Origin: Tubiluchus corallicola
Lineage: Eukaryota > Animalia > Priapulida
Direction: 5' to 3'
DNA: 31,538 nt
Assembly (NCBI GenBank): GCA_030141605.1
Contig: JAQGDQ010002447.1
Coordinates: 1 to 31,538 of the forward strand
The notes under the pieces were generated by a model that saw only the letters and a program-made list of their open reading frames with translations, searched no databases and had not been told where the DNA came from. This document shows positions 1-10,715 of this stretch, piece after piece. How positions within the stretch are numbered: the stretch's first letter is position 1; each line of letters begins with the position of its first letter. The position numbers were made by a program, and so were the translations under genes.

Positions 1-335
1 TTTGTGTGGCGGGGATGAAAAACTCTGAGCATGAACTTCGTCATGACATAAAAATTGCCACGAAGTATCCAAATATTACCAAAAGTTTTTTTGGAAAGAA
101 GGGCATATCCGTAGAAATCGTAAAACTTTATGGCTCCATTGAAATAGCGCCTACGGTTTTGCTGTCAGATTACATAGTGGACCTTGTCTCCAGCGGCAAA
201 ACTCTTCATGAAAACAATCTCGAGGAGATAGAGGTAATTTTAGAGTCCACCGCAAGACTTGTGGGGAATAAAAACCTTGTCAGAGCAAAATGCAACAGAG
301 TTAAGGATATATTGTCCATGTTAGGGCAGCGATGA
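1..335 (+). CDS. hisG: ATP phosphoribosyltransferase, short form (3' part; 5' end outside window)
   Basis: Motifs IATKYPN, KLYGSIEIAP, IVDLVSSGKTLHENNL; ends without the C-terminal regulatory domain (short form, normally HisZ-dependent). The frame is open to the window edge. Confidence 0.93.
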   Translation, partial: CVAGMKNSEHELRHDIKIATKYPNITKSFFGKKGISVEIVKLYGSIEIAPTVLLSDYIVDLVSSGKTLHENNLEEIEVILESTARLVGNKNLVRAKCNRVKDILSMLGQR

Positions 336-2561
336 TTAGACTTTTTCTGTTTGTGACACTTTTTCTGTTCAGTGTTTTTCAAGTTTGTGCTGAAACGATA
401 GTCAGCGTAGATGTTGAAGGGAATAAACGCGTTGGGATTGACGCCATAAAGGATGTTTTGCCAGCTATAGGGGATGAATATGTCGACAGCGATATAGAGA
501 GATCCGTTGTAGGCTTGATGGATACCGGGCAGTTTTTTGATGTTTTGGTTTGGAAAGATTTTGCGGATGGCGGGGTATCCCTCACCTACGAGGTGGTTGA
601 GAAGCCTTTGATTGGCGGTATATACATAGAGGGGAATAAGGATGTTGCAGATAAAGTTTTAAGGGAAGTTTTGACAGTTAAGTCTTTAGAAAGGTACGAC
701 GCTCAAAAAATAAACGAAAACATAAACTTAATAAAGGCAAAATATGTTGACAAATATTACTATAATGCTTCAGTAACTCATGAGTATAAAGAGCAGGAGA
801 ATGGTTATCATGACCTGTATTTCTATATCGATGAAGGGAATAAAGCGAAGCTTTACAACATAAAGTTTGTCGGCAACAAAAATATAGATGACTACGAGCT
901 AAAGAGTGTAATGCTCAATAAGGAGAAGGAGTTTTGGAGTAAAATCACTAGCAGTGGTAAATTTAACGCTACAATGGCGAAATCGATAAGCAGTTGATTA
1001 AGAAGCACTACTAAGATAATGAGATAAAAGTTGCTGTCACTATCTTCGAGGTTTTAAAGCAGCGGCGACGGTAATCGATATTATTTATGAAATAAATGAA
1101 GGTGAACAATTTCACGTTGTCGATATTTCTTTTCAGGGTAATACCGTATTGACGGATGAAGAGCTCTTTTCTATCCTCAGCGTTGAGAGTGGGGATGTTT
1201 TTGGAGTGAGCGGCTACTTTGGGGATATAAAGAATATTACTGATGCTTACGGAGACATAGGTTATGCTTATGCCAATGTGGAGCCTTTGGTTAGTGAGGA
1301 CTTGCAGGACAATACGGTATCTATAGTTTATCGCATAGAAGAAGCTTCTCTTGTATACATCAACAGAATAGAGATCACCGGTAATAGCAGGACTTTTGAC
1401 AGAGTCATAAGAAGAGAGCTTGATATCTTGGAGGGTGCACTCTATAACAGGAGCCTTATAGATTCTTCGAGAAATAATTTGACCTACACCGACTATTTTG
1501 GAAGCGTTCAGATAGGTGAAACCGGCTTTAATGATGAAATCGACCTCAACGTTCACGTTGCAGAGAAGCTCACTGGCTCTTTCATGTTCGGATTTTCCTA
1601 CTCTTCCCGGGATCTTTTGGGTGCTGCCTTTGATGTTAATTACGACAATTTTTTAGGCATGGGCTACAGGGTTGGAGCGAAGGTTGAGATAAATCAGAAT
1701 AGTCACACATATGATGTGAATTTTTACAATCCTATGGTGTATGACAGCAATCTTTCTTTTGCTTTTAGCCTTTATGATTTGGAGAACTCCTACTATGAAT
1801 ACGATCAGCTCTCCAGGGGTTATTCTGTACAGTTTGGCTATCCTATAATTGAGAGGCGGCTTTATGGGTATCTGCGTTTCGCCCAGTCTAGGGAAGAGGT
1901 AAAAAACTTGGATGATAACGCATCCAGTTATGTCGAAAGTTTGGCGGGAGTTAGTTACAAAAATAGCGTGACGCCATCTATGGTTTGGAATAGCCTGGAC
2001 TCTCGAGTTGTTCCGAAGTCTGGAACTAAGGTTGTCGTTCGTTTTGAGTATGCGGGTACTTTTCTCGGAGGGGATCAACACTTTGTTAGTCCGAGTCTTG
2101 AGGTAAGTCAATTTTTCCCCATTTCTGACCGAGTTGTCGGTATGATTCATCTCGATACGAGCTATATAGTGAGCAACAAAAGCTCCGAAGAAATACCTAT
2201 TACGGAGCGTTATCGTTTGGGAGGTCCGTACAGCATCAGGGGCTATAGGTATGGTAGCATAGGGCCTGTGGATGATGAGGGGTACACTTATGGTGGAGAT
2301 AAATATTTCTTTGTAAATAATGAGGTGCGAATATCATTGAATGACGAAGCAAATATTTTTGCCATAGGTTTTTTTGATTTTGGTCAAGTGTATGATGTTG
2401 GTGAAATGTTTTTTAGTGGCAAACTTGAAGCTGGCATCGGAACGGGCATACGTTGGTATAGCCCTTTTGGCCCACTGCGTTTTGAGTATGCTTACAAGCT
2501 AAGAGACATTCCCGGAGAATCTAGAGACAGGTTAGAGTTTAGTATAGGCAATACATTTTGA
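332..2561 (+). CDS. bamA: Outer membrane protein assembly factor BamA, split by apparent indel errors around 980-1080
   Basis: Signal peptide and POTRA repeats (VDVEGNKRV, IYIEGNK, IKFVGNK, ISFQGN, IEITGNSRTFDRVIRREL); barrel with YSIRGY, GIRWYSPFGPLRFEYA and C-terminal FSIGNTF. ORFs 332-997 and 1149-2561 are the two halves. Confidence 0.93.
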
Positions 2562-2601
2562 TACTATAATAGCTAAGTATATTGGCCATGGAGGACATTA
2601 G

Positions 2602-3119
2602 ATGAAAAAAATAATTTTGTTTACGTTGGGACTTGTGTTACTTGTCGGCAACGTTGCTGTTGCGTCTGAGCCTAAAATAGGTGTAATAATCATTCAGAAA
2701 ATTGCTACAGAATCCAAAGCTGGTTCAGCTGCTAGGGCAAAAATTCAGGCGGAAGCAAAGCATAGAGAGCAAAAAGTGAAAGAGATGCAGCTCGAGTTTG
2801 AGAGAAAAAATCTTGAATTTGAGAAAAACGCGGATCTATATAACGATACTACAAAGTCCAAAAAGCAGGATGAGTTGCGTAAAGGAGCAAGAGAGCTTGA
2901 GAGATACGTGAATGAATCCCAGACCTATCTGGAAGAGCTAGATAGAACAGAAACTTCTAAGTGTTCAGGATCTTAGGGAATTATCCAGGAATATGCAGAG
3001 GAGAATGGTTACGACATGATAATAACGCTTCGGATGCTGGATTGATATTTTTTAAGGAAAAGTTTGACATAACTGGTGATATCATGGAACTTTACGACAA
3101 ATCTAAGGAAGTACAGTAG
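2602..3119 (+). CDS. skp: OmpH/Skp periplasmic chaperone, frameshifted near 2955-2980 and ~3025
   Basis: Signal peptide, KIGVI, coiled-coil body. The C-terminal motifs IIQEYAEENGYDMII and FDITGDIMELYD continue in other frames to TAG 3117-3119. Canonical position between bamA and lpxD. Confidence 0.85.
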
Positions 3120-3125
3120 AGAAGT

Positions 3126-4145
3126 ATGCGTTTAAGTGAAATAGCTTCAAAGCTAAATGGCAAGCTGCGTGGAGATGATGTTGACATTATAGGCGTTACG
3201 GATGTGTTTGACCAGCGAGAGGGGTTTATATTTTTTGTAGTCGGTGATACCACTGCAAAGGGGATAGCCGACTTAGATATTAGATGTAGCGCTGTAATTA
3301 TCGAGAAAGGAACTAGCTACAAGACTAAGCTGCCCAGCATTTATGTCAAAGATTACAAGTATGCCCTGAAGACTTTAGTCGATATGTTTCACCCTGCACC
3401 TGATGTCTCCCATACCATATCGGAGAAGTCAGCTATTGCGGATAGCGTTCAGTTGAGCTCTCCCGTTTCTATTGGTGATTTTGTTTCCATTGGCGCAAAT
3501 TGTAAAATAGGTAGAAATGTCATCATAATGTCTGGTGTTGTTATAGGTGAAGATGTGGTGATTGGGGACGATTGTGTATTCTATCCGAATTGTGTGATCG
3601 GTAAAGGTACGGTGATAGGTTCTGGCGTCACCATACATACAAGTGCTGTTGTCGGTTCAGAGGGGTATGGTTTTTTGAATACTCCGACAGGGCACCACAG
3701 GATAAAACACATAGGTGCTGTTGTGCTTGAAGATATGGTAGAGGTGGGAGCATCCAGCACCATAGATAGGGGTACTCTTGGCAATACGATCATAGGGCAT
3801 GGTACAAAACTTGATAATCTTGTCATGATAGGGCATAATGTTAAGATCGGTCGGCACTGTTTGCTCGCTTCGCAAGTTGGTGTAAGCGGTAGTTGTGTGA
3901 TTGGTGACTTTGTGACCATGGGGGGGCAAGTGGGCATTGCGGATCATATAACCATCTGTGACAAAACGTTTTTTGTGGGTAAAACCGGCATAATGTCTGA
4001 TATCAAAGAAGAGGGAGTTTACAGCGGTATCCCAGCTATGAAACACAAGTCTCACCTAAAGCTGCTTGCAGCCATGAGGGATTTGCCGGAGATGCGTAAA
4101 TATTTAAAAAAATACGGTAGGAAGAACAGAGATGGACATAAATAA
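3126..4145 (+). CDS. lpxD: UDP-3-O-acyl-glucosamine N-acyltransferase
   Basis: MRLSEIA N-terminus, hexapeptide repeats, [28 protein letters not shown]. Confidence 0.96.
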   Translation: MRLSEIASKLNGKLRGDDVDIIGVTDVFDQREGFIFFVVGDTTAKGIADLDIRCSAVIIEKGTSYKTKLPSIYVKDYKYALKTLVDMFHPAPDVSHTISEKSAIADSVQLSSPVSIGDFVSIGANCKIGRNVIIMSGVVIGEDVVIGDDCVFYPNCVIGKGTVIGSGVTIHTSAVVGSEGYGFLNTPTGHHRIKHIGAVVLEDMVEVGASSTIDRGTLGNTIIGHGTKLDNLVMIGHNVKIGRHCLLASQVGVSGSCVIGDFVTMGGQVGIADHITICDKTFFVGKTGIMSDIKEEGVYSGIPAMKHKSHLKLLAAMRDLPEMRKYLKKYGRKNRDGHK

Positions 4146-4563
4146 AATTAGAGAAATACTGCCTCATAGGTATCCTTTTCTCCTCATTGACAGAGTTCTT
4201 GAACTCAATGAGGAAAGGATTGTTGCTCTTAAAAATGTGACGATTAACGAGCCATTTTTTAACGGGCATTTCCCGAACGAGCCTGTTATGCCTGGAGTGT
4301 TGATCGTGGAAGCTATGGCCCAAGCGGGCGCAGTTTATGCCTATGAGACCTATTTCAAACAGTTTGAGGGCGAGTACAAAATATACTTTATGAGCTTTGA
4401 TAAAGTGAAATTTCGCAGACCAGTAGATCCCGGAGATGCTCTGCACATAGAAGCTTCTGTCATCAGCAAAAAGCGTGATGTGTGGAGAATGAAGTGTGTA
4501 GTTTGCGTAGATGGCAAAGTGGTTTGCGAGGGTGAGCTCACCGCTATCGGAAAGGTCGAGTAG
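4132..4563 (+). CDS. fabZ: 3-hydroxyacyl-ACP dehydratase
   Basis: [40 protein letters not shown]. Confidence 0.97.
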   Translation: MDINKIREILPHRYPFLLIDRVLELNEERIVALKNVTINEPFFNGHFPNEPVMPGVLIVEAMAQAGAVYAYETYFKQFEGEYKIYFMSFDKVKFRRPVDPGDALHIEASVISKKRDVWRMKCVVCVDGKVVCEGELTAIGKVE

Positions 4564-4564
4564 G

Positions 4565-5464
4565 ATGATACATCCGACTGCTATTATTTCTCCTCAAGCG
4601 GTGATCGGTGACGATGTTGCCGTTGGCCCTTATGCGATCATAGGTAGTGGGTGTGTGTTGGGGGATGGTGCCAGAATTGGCGGCAGCACCATAATTGGGC
4701 GAAGCTCCTTTGATGAGGATTCTAACATATTGATTGGCAGCAATGTCGATATAGGCTCCCACAGCACTATAGGACACGATATCTCCTTGGGGGATAATGT
4801 TAAAATAGGCTCTCTGAGTGTCGTTGAAAAAGATACCACAATTTCTGAAAATACCGTCGTATCACCGAGTGTGCATCTGGGCGGTGACCCTCAGAGTTTG
4901 GGCTACGGCGGAGAACGTGTGTTGCTCAAGATAGGTGCAAACTGTACCATAAGAGAGTTTGCAACTATTACGAGGGGTAGCAGTGTAGGCTCTGGAGTTA
5001 CCATCGTTAATGACGACTGCTTTGTAATGGGCAGCACCCACATTGGCCACGACTGTATCATAGGAAGGGGTTCGGTGTTATCGAACAATACGCTTTTGGG
5101 TGGACATTGTGAAATAGGCGAGCGGACTGTTTTGTCTGTTGGGGTTGTTGTTCATCAGTTTGTACGCATAGGCAAAATGGCTATGTTGAGCGCACTTTCA
5201 CGGGTTGGAAAGGATGTCCCGCCCTTTGTCATTGCAGAAGGTTATGATTTGCGGGTTGCAGGTCTCAATACTGTGGGAATGAAAAGGAATGGATTGTCAT
5301 CTGAAAGCGTTTCAAAGTTGAAGAAAGCTCTTAAGCTTTTTTTAGACAAAAGCTTACTGCTGTCGGAGTCGATTGACAAAATGAAAGAGTTAGAGACCTG
5401 TTCGGAACTTGAGGATCTTATCTCCTTCTTTGAAAATTCCACGAGAGGAGTGACTAGAAGGTGA
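4565..5464 (+). CDS. lpxA: Acyl-ACP--UDP-N-acetylglucosamine O-acyltransferase, 299 aa with extra N-terminal hexapeptide coils
   Basis: Start re-called at ATG 4565 (MIHPTAII). Motifs GGDPQ, IREFATITRG, HIGHDC, LGGH, HQF, DVPPF, GLNTVGMKRNG. Confidence 0.92.
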   Translation: MIHPTAIISPQAVIGDDVAVGPYAIIGSGCVLGDGARIGGSTIIGRSSFDEDSNILIGSNVDIGSHSTIGHDISLGDNVKIGSLSVVEKDTTISENTVVSPSVHLGGDPQSLGYGGERVLLKIGANCTIREFATITRGSSVGSGVTIVNDDCFVMGSTHIGHDCIIGRGSVLSNNTLLGGHCEIGERTVLSVGVVVHQFVRIGKMAMLSALSRVGKDVPPFVIAEGYDLRVAGLNTVGMKRNGLSSESVSKLKKALKLFLDKSLLLSESIDKMKELETCSELEDLISFFENSTRGVTRR

Positions 5465-5566
5465 GATATTTTGCCGAGGTGGTAAAAGATTGTTACCTTT
5501 GAGCGCCTTAGCTGGAAACTATATGAACTCTATGCTGTGGATTGGGCATAACCTGAGGGTGGTTTT

Positions 5567-6532
5567 ATGTTGAAGATGGGGATAATTGGTTTGGGGCGTA
5601 TGGGCAGGCACCATATCAATATATACAACGAGCTGCAGGGAGTGAAGCTTGCTGCTATTTGTGATATTGATCCCTCAGTACTTGAGCATTTTGCAAAGAC
5701 TAAGGGTGCTTTGGGGTTTGCGGATTATAGGGAGATGTTATCAGAGGTAGATTTAGTTACCGTGGCAGCTCCCACGGTACATCACTATAATATAGCAAAA
5801 GATTGTCTGAATGCTGGTAAGCACGTGCTTGTAGAGAAACCCATTGCTACGAGCTATGCTCATGCGGAAGAGCTTTTTCACATAGCTGATCAAAAGGATC
5901 TGGTATTGCATATAGGGCATGTTGAGCGCTTTAACGGTGCTGTACAGGAACTACACAAGCTGGTGCAGGAGCCGTATTTGATAGAGTCAAGGCGGGTGGG
6001 GCCGTTTGTTTCCAGTGTCGCAAATGACAGTATTGTGCTCGATCTCATGATACATGACATAGATATAATACTGAATATTGTCAATTCCAAGGTCACCAAC
6101 ATTCAAGCTTCCGGTAGCATTGTTCATTCGAGCTTACCGGATATCGCCACGATAACGTTGGAGTTTGAAAATGGTGCAGTTGCAAACATTATAGCCAGCA
6201 GGGTAACTGAAAAGAAGGATAGACAGTTGGCGATCAGTCAAAAAGAGGCGTATATATTCCTTGACTATACAAATCAAGCGATCAACATCTATAGGAAGGG
6301 GAGCAGCCAACATATCCATGGAGAACAGGAGTTGAAGTATAAAAATGAGCATGTACGGGAAAAGTTATTTGTCTACAAAGAGAATGCATTAAAAAATGAG
6401 ATAAAGCATTTCCTAGATTGCTCGCTAAACAGAGTAAAGAGAGTAGTTACTGTGGAGCATGAGCTTAGGTCTCTCAAGATAGCCTTGCGCGTGGACAAAC
6501 TCCTTCTGAACAATTGCAAGGGTGGACATTGA
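5567..6532 (+). CDS. Gfo/Idh/MocA family oxidoreductase, GnnA-like (UDP-GlcNAc 3-dehydrogenase candidate)
   Basis: GIIGLGRMG Rossmann motif, HVLVEKP, GHVERFN, DLMIHDID; lies between lpxA and lpxI. Confidence 0.85.
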   Translation: MLKMGIIGLGRMGRHHINIYNELQGVKLAAICDIDPSVLEHFAKTKGALGFADYREMLSEVDLVTVAAPTVHHYNIAKDCLNAGKHVLVEKPIATSYAHAEELFHIADQKDLVLHIGHVERFNGAVQELHKLVQEPYLIESRRVGPFVSSVANDSIVLDLMIHDIDIILNIVNSKVTNIQASGSIVHSSLPDIATITLEFENGAVANIIASRVTEKKDRQLAISQKEAYIFLDYTNQAINIYRKGSSQHIHGEQELKYKNEHVREKLFVYKENALKNEIKHFLDCSLNRVKRVVTVEHELRSLKIALRVDKLLLNNCKGGH

Positions 6533-7353
6533 GGATAGGTTTATTGGCCGGTTATGGCACGTTCCCATTGATGGCTGCCCGCAGCTTAAAAGATGTGGGG
6601 CATTACGTAGTATTGATAGGCTTTGAAGAGGCTGTCAACGTCCATATGAAAGATGTCGTAGATGCTTCTTACACGGTCAGTGTCGGTCAGGTTGGCAAAA
6701 TTCTTAAAATAATTGAACAAGAGTCCGTTGAAGGTATAATTTTTGGGGGCAAAGTCAGCAAAGAGCTACTTTATAAAAATCTCAAGGTAGATGCCAAGGG
6801 GCTTGCTCTGCTCGCGAAGCTAAAAAACTTCAACGATGACAGTATAATGCATGCCGTGGTGGACCTTGCGGAGGCCAACGGTTTTCAAGTATTGGAACAG
6901 ACGGAAGTTTTAGGTGACCTTTTGGCAAGGCCTGGGGTTTATGGCAAGGTTTCACCTACGCAAAAGCAACTTCTTGAGATACAGTATGGCTACGAAGTTG
7001 CAAAGCATATAGGGGCGCTCGATATTGGTCAAACTGTGGTCGTCAGCAAAAGGTCAGTGATGGCTGTGGAAGCGATCGATGGCACAGATGCTACAATTGT
7101 CAGGGGGTGTGCCTTGGCTAGAAAGAATGCGGTCATTGTCAAAACTGCAAAACTTAAGCAGGACAAGCGTTTTGATGTTCCCACCATAGGACGGGATACG
7201 ATGAAGCTGGTAGCAGAATCTGGCGGCAAGGTAATTGCCGTGGAGGAAGGTGCCACCTTTATTTTGGATATGGATGAATGCATAGAGATTGCAAATAAGA
7301 ACAGAATAGTGTTTATGTCCTATGCGCCAAAGGATAGGGATGAAGCACAATGA
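6529..7353 (+). CDS. lpxI: UDP-2,3-diacylglucosamine diphosphatase LpxI (DUF1009)
   Basis: Start re-called at TTG 6529. Motifs IGLLAGYGTFP, LDIGQTVVV, AVEAIDGTDATI, QDKRFDVPTIG. Confidence 0.92.
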   Translation: MRIGLLAGYGTFPLMAARSLKDVGHYVVLIGFEEAVNVHMKDVVDASYTVSVGQVGKILKIIEQESVEGIIFGGKVSKELLYKNLKVDAKGLALLAKLKNFNDDSIMHAVVDLAEANGFQVLEQTEVLGDLLARPGVYGKVSPTQKQLLEIQYGYEVAKHIGALDIGQTVVVSKRSVMAVEAIDGTDATIVRGCALARKNAVIVKTAKLKQDKRFDVPTIGRDTMKLVAESGGKVIAVEEGATFILDMDECIEIANKNRIVFMSYAPKDRDEAQ

Positions 7354-8175
7354 TTACAGATTATAACTATTTGCTGAATGAAATACCTTACGGATTTTGG
7401 CTATTTTTTTCCTTGTCCTTGTTTACGGGGTTGATATTTGGCAGCTTTATGAATGTGTTGGTGTATCGACTGCCAAGAAATATGTCCCCCATAGTTCCAC
7501 CGTCGGCTTGTATTAGGTGTGGTTACAAGCTCAAATATTATGACAATATTCCGATATTAAGCTACCTTTCGCTCAAAGGCAGATGTAGAAGCTGTAAGGT
7601 GAAGATATCTATCAGGTATCCATTGACCGAAGTTGCGGTGGGTGTATTTTTTGCCTTGCTTTATTTAAAATATGGGTTACATTTACACTTTCTGGTTTTT
7701 GCGGTTTTCATTTTTATGGCTTTAGGTGCTGCAATTGCGGATCTGGATACGCTGCTCGATGATGAGTTTGAATGTGGGATAATTCCGGACACGTTTAGCA
7801 TGGGTGGACTTGCTGCTGGTTTTGTCCTTTCATATTTCACAATAGGTGTGATAGACTCTTTCCTCGGAGCGGTTTTGGGTTTTTTGGTATTGTTTTTGCC
7901 CGCTTGGATTTATGGAAAAATAATCAAGGTGGAGGCGATGGGTTGGGGCGATTTTAAGTTAATTGCCATGATATGCTCTTTCCTAGGCTATGAAAGTGTA
8001 GTGTTCGTTCTGCTCAGCAGTGCTGTTTTGGGCTCGCTAATTGGCATCCCCATTATCCTGATTACGGGCAGGAGACTTTCCCATGCCTTATGGCCCTATG
8101 CTTTCTGCTGCCGGTATCCTGTACCTGTTTTTTGGTAGAGAGATAACGGGCTATTTTCGGATGTTTTTGTTTTAA
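7350..8175 (+). CDS. pilD: Type 4 prepilin peptidase/N-methyltransferase (A24), frameshift near 8070
   Basis: [12 protein letters not shown], two CxxC pairs, [14 protein letters not shown]. The C-terminal [15 protein letters not shown] continues in another frame to TAA 8173-8175. Confidence 0.9.
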
Positions 8176-8194
8176 TCGGTTTGCGGAGGTTTTA

Positions 8195-9377
8195 ATGGTA
8201 GGTGCTGAAGAACAGCTGTCAGTGATCAGACGTGGAGCTGATGAGATTATCGTGGAGGCGGAGCTTGTGGAGAAGCTTAAGAGCTCTCGCCCTTTGCGCA
8301 TCAAGATGGGATTTGATCCTACGGCACCTGATCTTCATCTCGGTCACAGTGTTGCTTTGATGAAAATTCCAAGATTTGGGACATCATGTAATTTTTCTTA
8401 TAGGAGATTTTACAGGGATGATAGGGGATCCCAGCGGCAAGAGTGAGACTAGAAGAGCCCTCACCAGGGAAGAGGTGTTAGCGAATGCGGAGACCTACAA
8501 GAGGCAGGTGTTCAAGATACTCGATCCTGAAAAAACGGAAGTGGCGTTTAATAGTGCTTGGTCTGATCCCATGGGCTTTGCCGATGTTATAAAACTGGCA
8601 TCGTCATACACTGTTGCTCGCATGCTGGAGCGTGACGATTTTTCGAAACGCTATAGGTCAAATCAGCCCATAAGTGTTCATGAGTTTTTATATCCCCTAG
8701 CACAAGCTTACGATTCTGTGGCTTTGAAGGCCGATGTGGAGCTTGGCGGGAGTGACCAGAAGTTTAATCTTCTGGTTGGGCGGGATGTTCAGAGAATTTA
8801 TGGATTAAGCCCACAAATTGCCATAACTATGCCTATCCTCGAAGGGCTCGACGGCAAGCAAAAGATGAGTAAGTCACTTAACAACTACGTCGGTATCGAT
8901 GAAGCCCCCGGCAACATGTTTGGAAAAATCATGTCGATATCTGATGAGTTGATGTTTAAATACTACCTTCTCCTAAGCTCCAAAAGCTTAAAAGAGGTAG
9001 AAGATATACAAGAAGGGGTGCTGTCTTCAAGGCTGCATCCGCTTGCTGTGAAAAAGGACTTAGCTATGGAGATAGTTGCCCTTTATCATGGTGAGAGGTT
9101 AGCGGTACAAGCTAAGGAAGAGTTTGAAAGTGTCTTTTCAAAGAAAGAGTTGCCTGAAAATATGCCTGAAATAACTGCTAATGGTGGTGACAGTCTTGTT
9201 TCTGTCATTAAATCATTGGGCTTTGCGGGCAGCAATTCTGAAGCTCGTCGTCTGTCTTCTCAAGGTGGCGTCTCGATAAACGGAGAGAAGGTTGCAGATG
9301 TTGATATTCTTCTTGAGTGTGGAGAATATGTATTAAAAGTAGGCAAGAGAAATTTTGCTAAAATTAAGATTGTTTAG
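8195..9377 (+). CDS. tyrS: Tyrosine--tRNA ligase, small deletion/frameshift near 8365
   Basis: [13 protein letters not shown] (HIGH), [30 protein letters not shown]-terminal S4 domain. Confidence 0.96.
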
Positions 9378-9386
9378 GAGTTAGCT

Positions 9387-10652
9387 GTGTCTGTAGTAAG
9401 ACCTTTTAGGGGAGTGCGGTACAATTTGGAAAAGGTGCTTTTGCGCCAAGTTATAGCGCCGCCCTACGATGTAATTTCACAAGAGATGAGGAATAGCCTC
9501 GTTACAAAGTCCAGTTACAATGTTGTCCGTGTGGACTTGCCGGAAGGGGAAGCTTCGGAGAAGTATGGTAATGCATCCAGACTTTATAAAGAGTGGCTTA
9601 AGGACGGTATCCTCAAAAAGGACAGAGAACCTGGGTATTATCTTTATGAACAGGTTTACAAGTATGATGGCAAAGATTATGTTCGTACCGGGTTTGTCGG
9701 CTTACTTCGTCTTGAGGAGCTTGGAGAGGGTAAGGTTTTTGCCCATGAGAAGACACATGCTGGGCCAAAGCAGGACAGGTTTGAGTTGATGAAGTCTTGT
9801 GAGACAAATTTTAGCCAACTGTTTGGTCTTTACATGGATAGCGAAAACTACTTGTCGGGATTGTCTTCTGAAATCAAGAAGGATATGCCCGTTGCCTCTG
9901 CAGTGGATGATGAGGGAGTAAAAAATTCTGTCTGGTTCATCAATAAAGAGGAGCTGGTCAACAAAATCACGACCTTTATGAAGAACAAATCTGTGTATAT
10001 AGCGGATGGACACCACAGGTATGAAACCGCATTGACATACAGAAACTATATGAGGGATTTCAACAAAGACTCTGAGGGAGAGTTGAAACCGTACGATTTT
10101 GTCATGATGATGTTTGTAAACTTTTACGATGAAGGGCTGAAGATATTTCCAACTCACAGGGTTGTCGACGTGCCAGAGGGCTTCAGTATAGAGCAGTTCT
10201 TGAAGTCGGCTTGTGAAAAATTTGAAATAATACCCTTCGATGATCTTGACGGAATGAGGAATAGTGTGGAGGAGACCAGTGCTGAAACAAAGGGGTATTG
10301 GGGGGTAAGTTATGGTGGCAGATATTTTTGCATGAAGCTCAAAGAAGCCTCTGTGGAGGGCGAGCACCCCATATATAGGAGAGTGGATACGCATCTGCTG
10401 CAAAATATAGTTTTGCAACAAATGCTCGGTCTTAGCGAAGAAAAGATATCTCGTAAAGAAAACATATATTTTTACCAAACGTATGAAAGTGTGGAAAAGA
10501 GCGTGTCATCACATGATAGAATAGGCTTCTATCTACGAGGAATGGACATAGATGTTGTCCGAGAGGTGTCAGAAGCAAATATGGTAATGCCACAAAAATC
10601 TACATATTTTTATCCCAAGCTGGAAACAGGGCTTATTATCAACGACTTGTAA
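9387..10652 (+). CDS. DUF1015 family protein (ParB/Srx-like fold)
   Basis: PFRGVRY, APPYDVIS, HEKT, YIADGHHRYETA, MPQKSTYFYPKL, which match the family signature as I recall it. Confidence 0.88.
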   Translation: MSVVRPFRGVRYNLEKVLLRQVIAPPYDVISQEMRNSLVTKSSYNVVRVDLPEGEASEKYGNASRLYKEWLKDGILKKDREPGYYLYEQVYKYDGKDYVRTGFVGLLRLEELGEGKVFAHEKTHAGPKQDRFELMKSCETNFSQLFGLYMDSENYLSGLSSEIKKDMPVASAVDDEGVKNSVWFINKEELVNKITTFMKNKSVYIADGHHRYETALTYRNYMRDFNKDSEGELKPYDFVMMMFVNFYDEGLKIFPTHRVVDVPEGFSIEQFLKSACEKFEIIPFDDLDGMRNSVEETSAETKGYWGVSYGGRYFCMKLKEASVEGEHPIYRRVDTHLLQNIVLQQMLGLSEEKISRKENIYFYQTYESVEKSVSSHDRIGFYLRGMDIDVVREVSEANMVMPQKSTYFYPKLETGLIINDL

Positions 10653-10670
10653 ACAAACATAAAAATTTTT

Positions 10671-10715
10671 AAGCGGGTGCTGTGTAAATGTTTTTACTGG
10701 CACCTGCTTCTCTTT
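10671..10715 (+). terminator. Probable intrinsic terminator ending the hisG...DUF1015 run
   Basis: AAGCGGGTGC pairs with GCACCTGCTT, with inner GTAAA/TTTAC, followed by a pyrimidine-rich tail; 18 nt after the stop codon. Confidence 0.55.

Noticed and set aside
5465-5566. Two weak hairpins in the lpxA-oxidoreductase gap as a riboswitch
   Set aside because: The stems rely on G-U pairs and match no riboswitch consensus I recognise.
10671-10680. AAGCGGGTG matching the tRNA-Gly end as a possible att site
   Set aside because: Only 9 bp, in inverted orientation and part of a terminator stem, with no integrase nearby.
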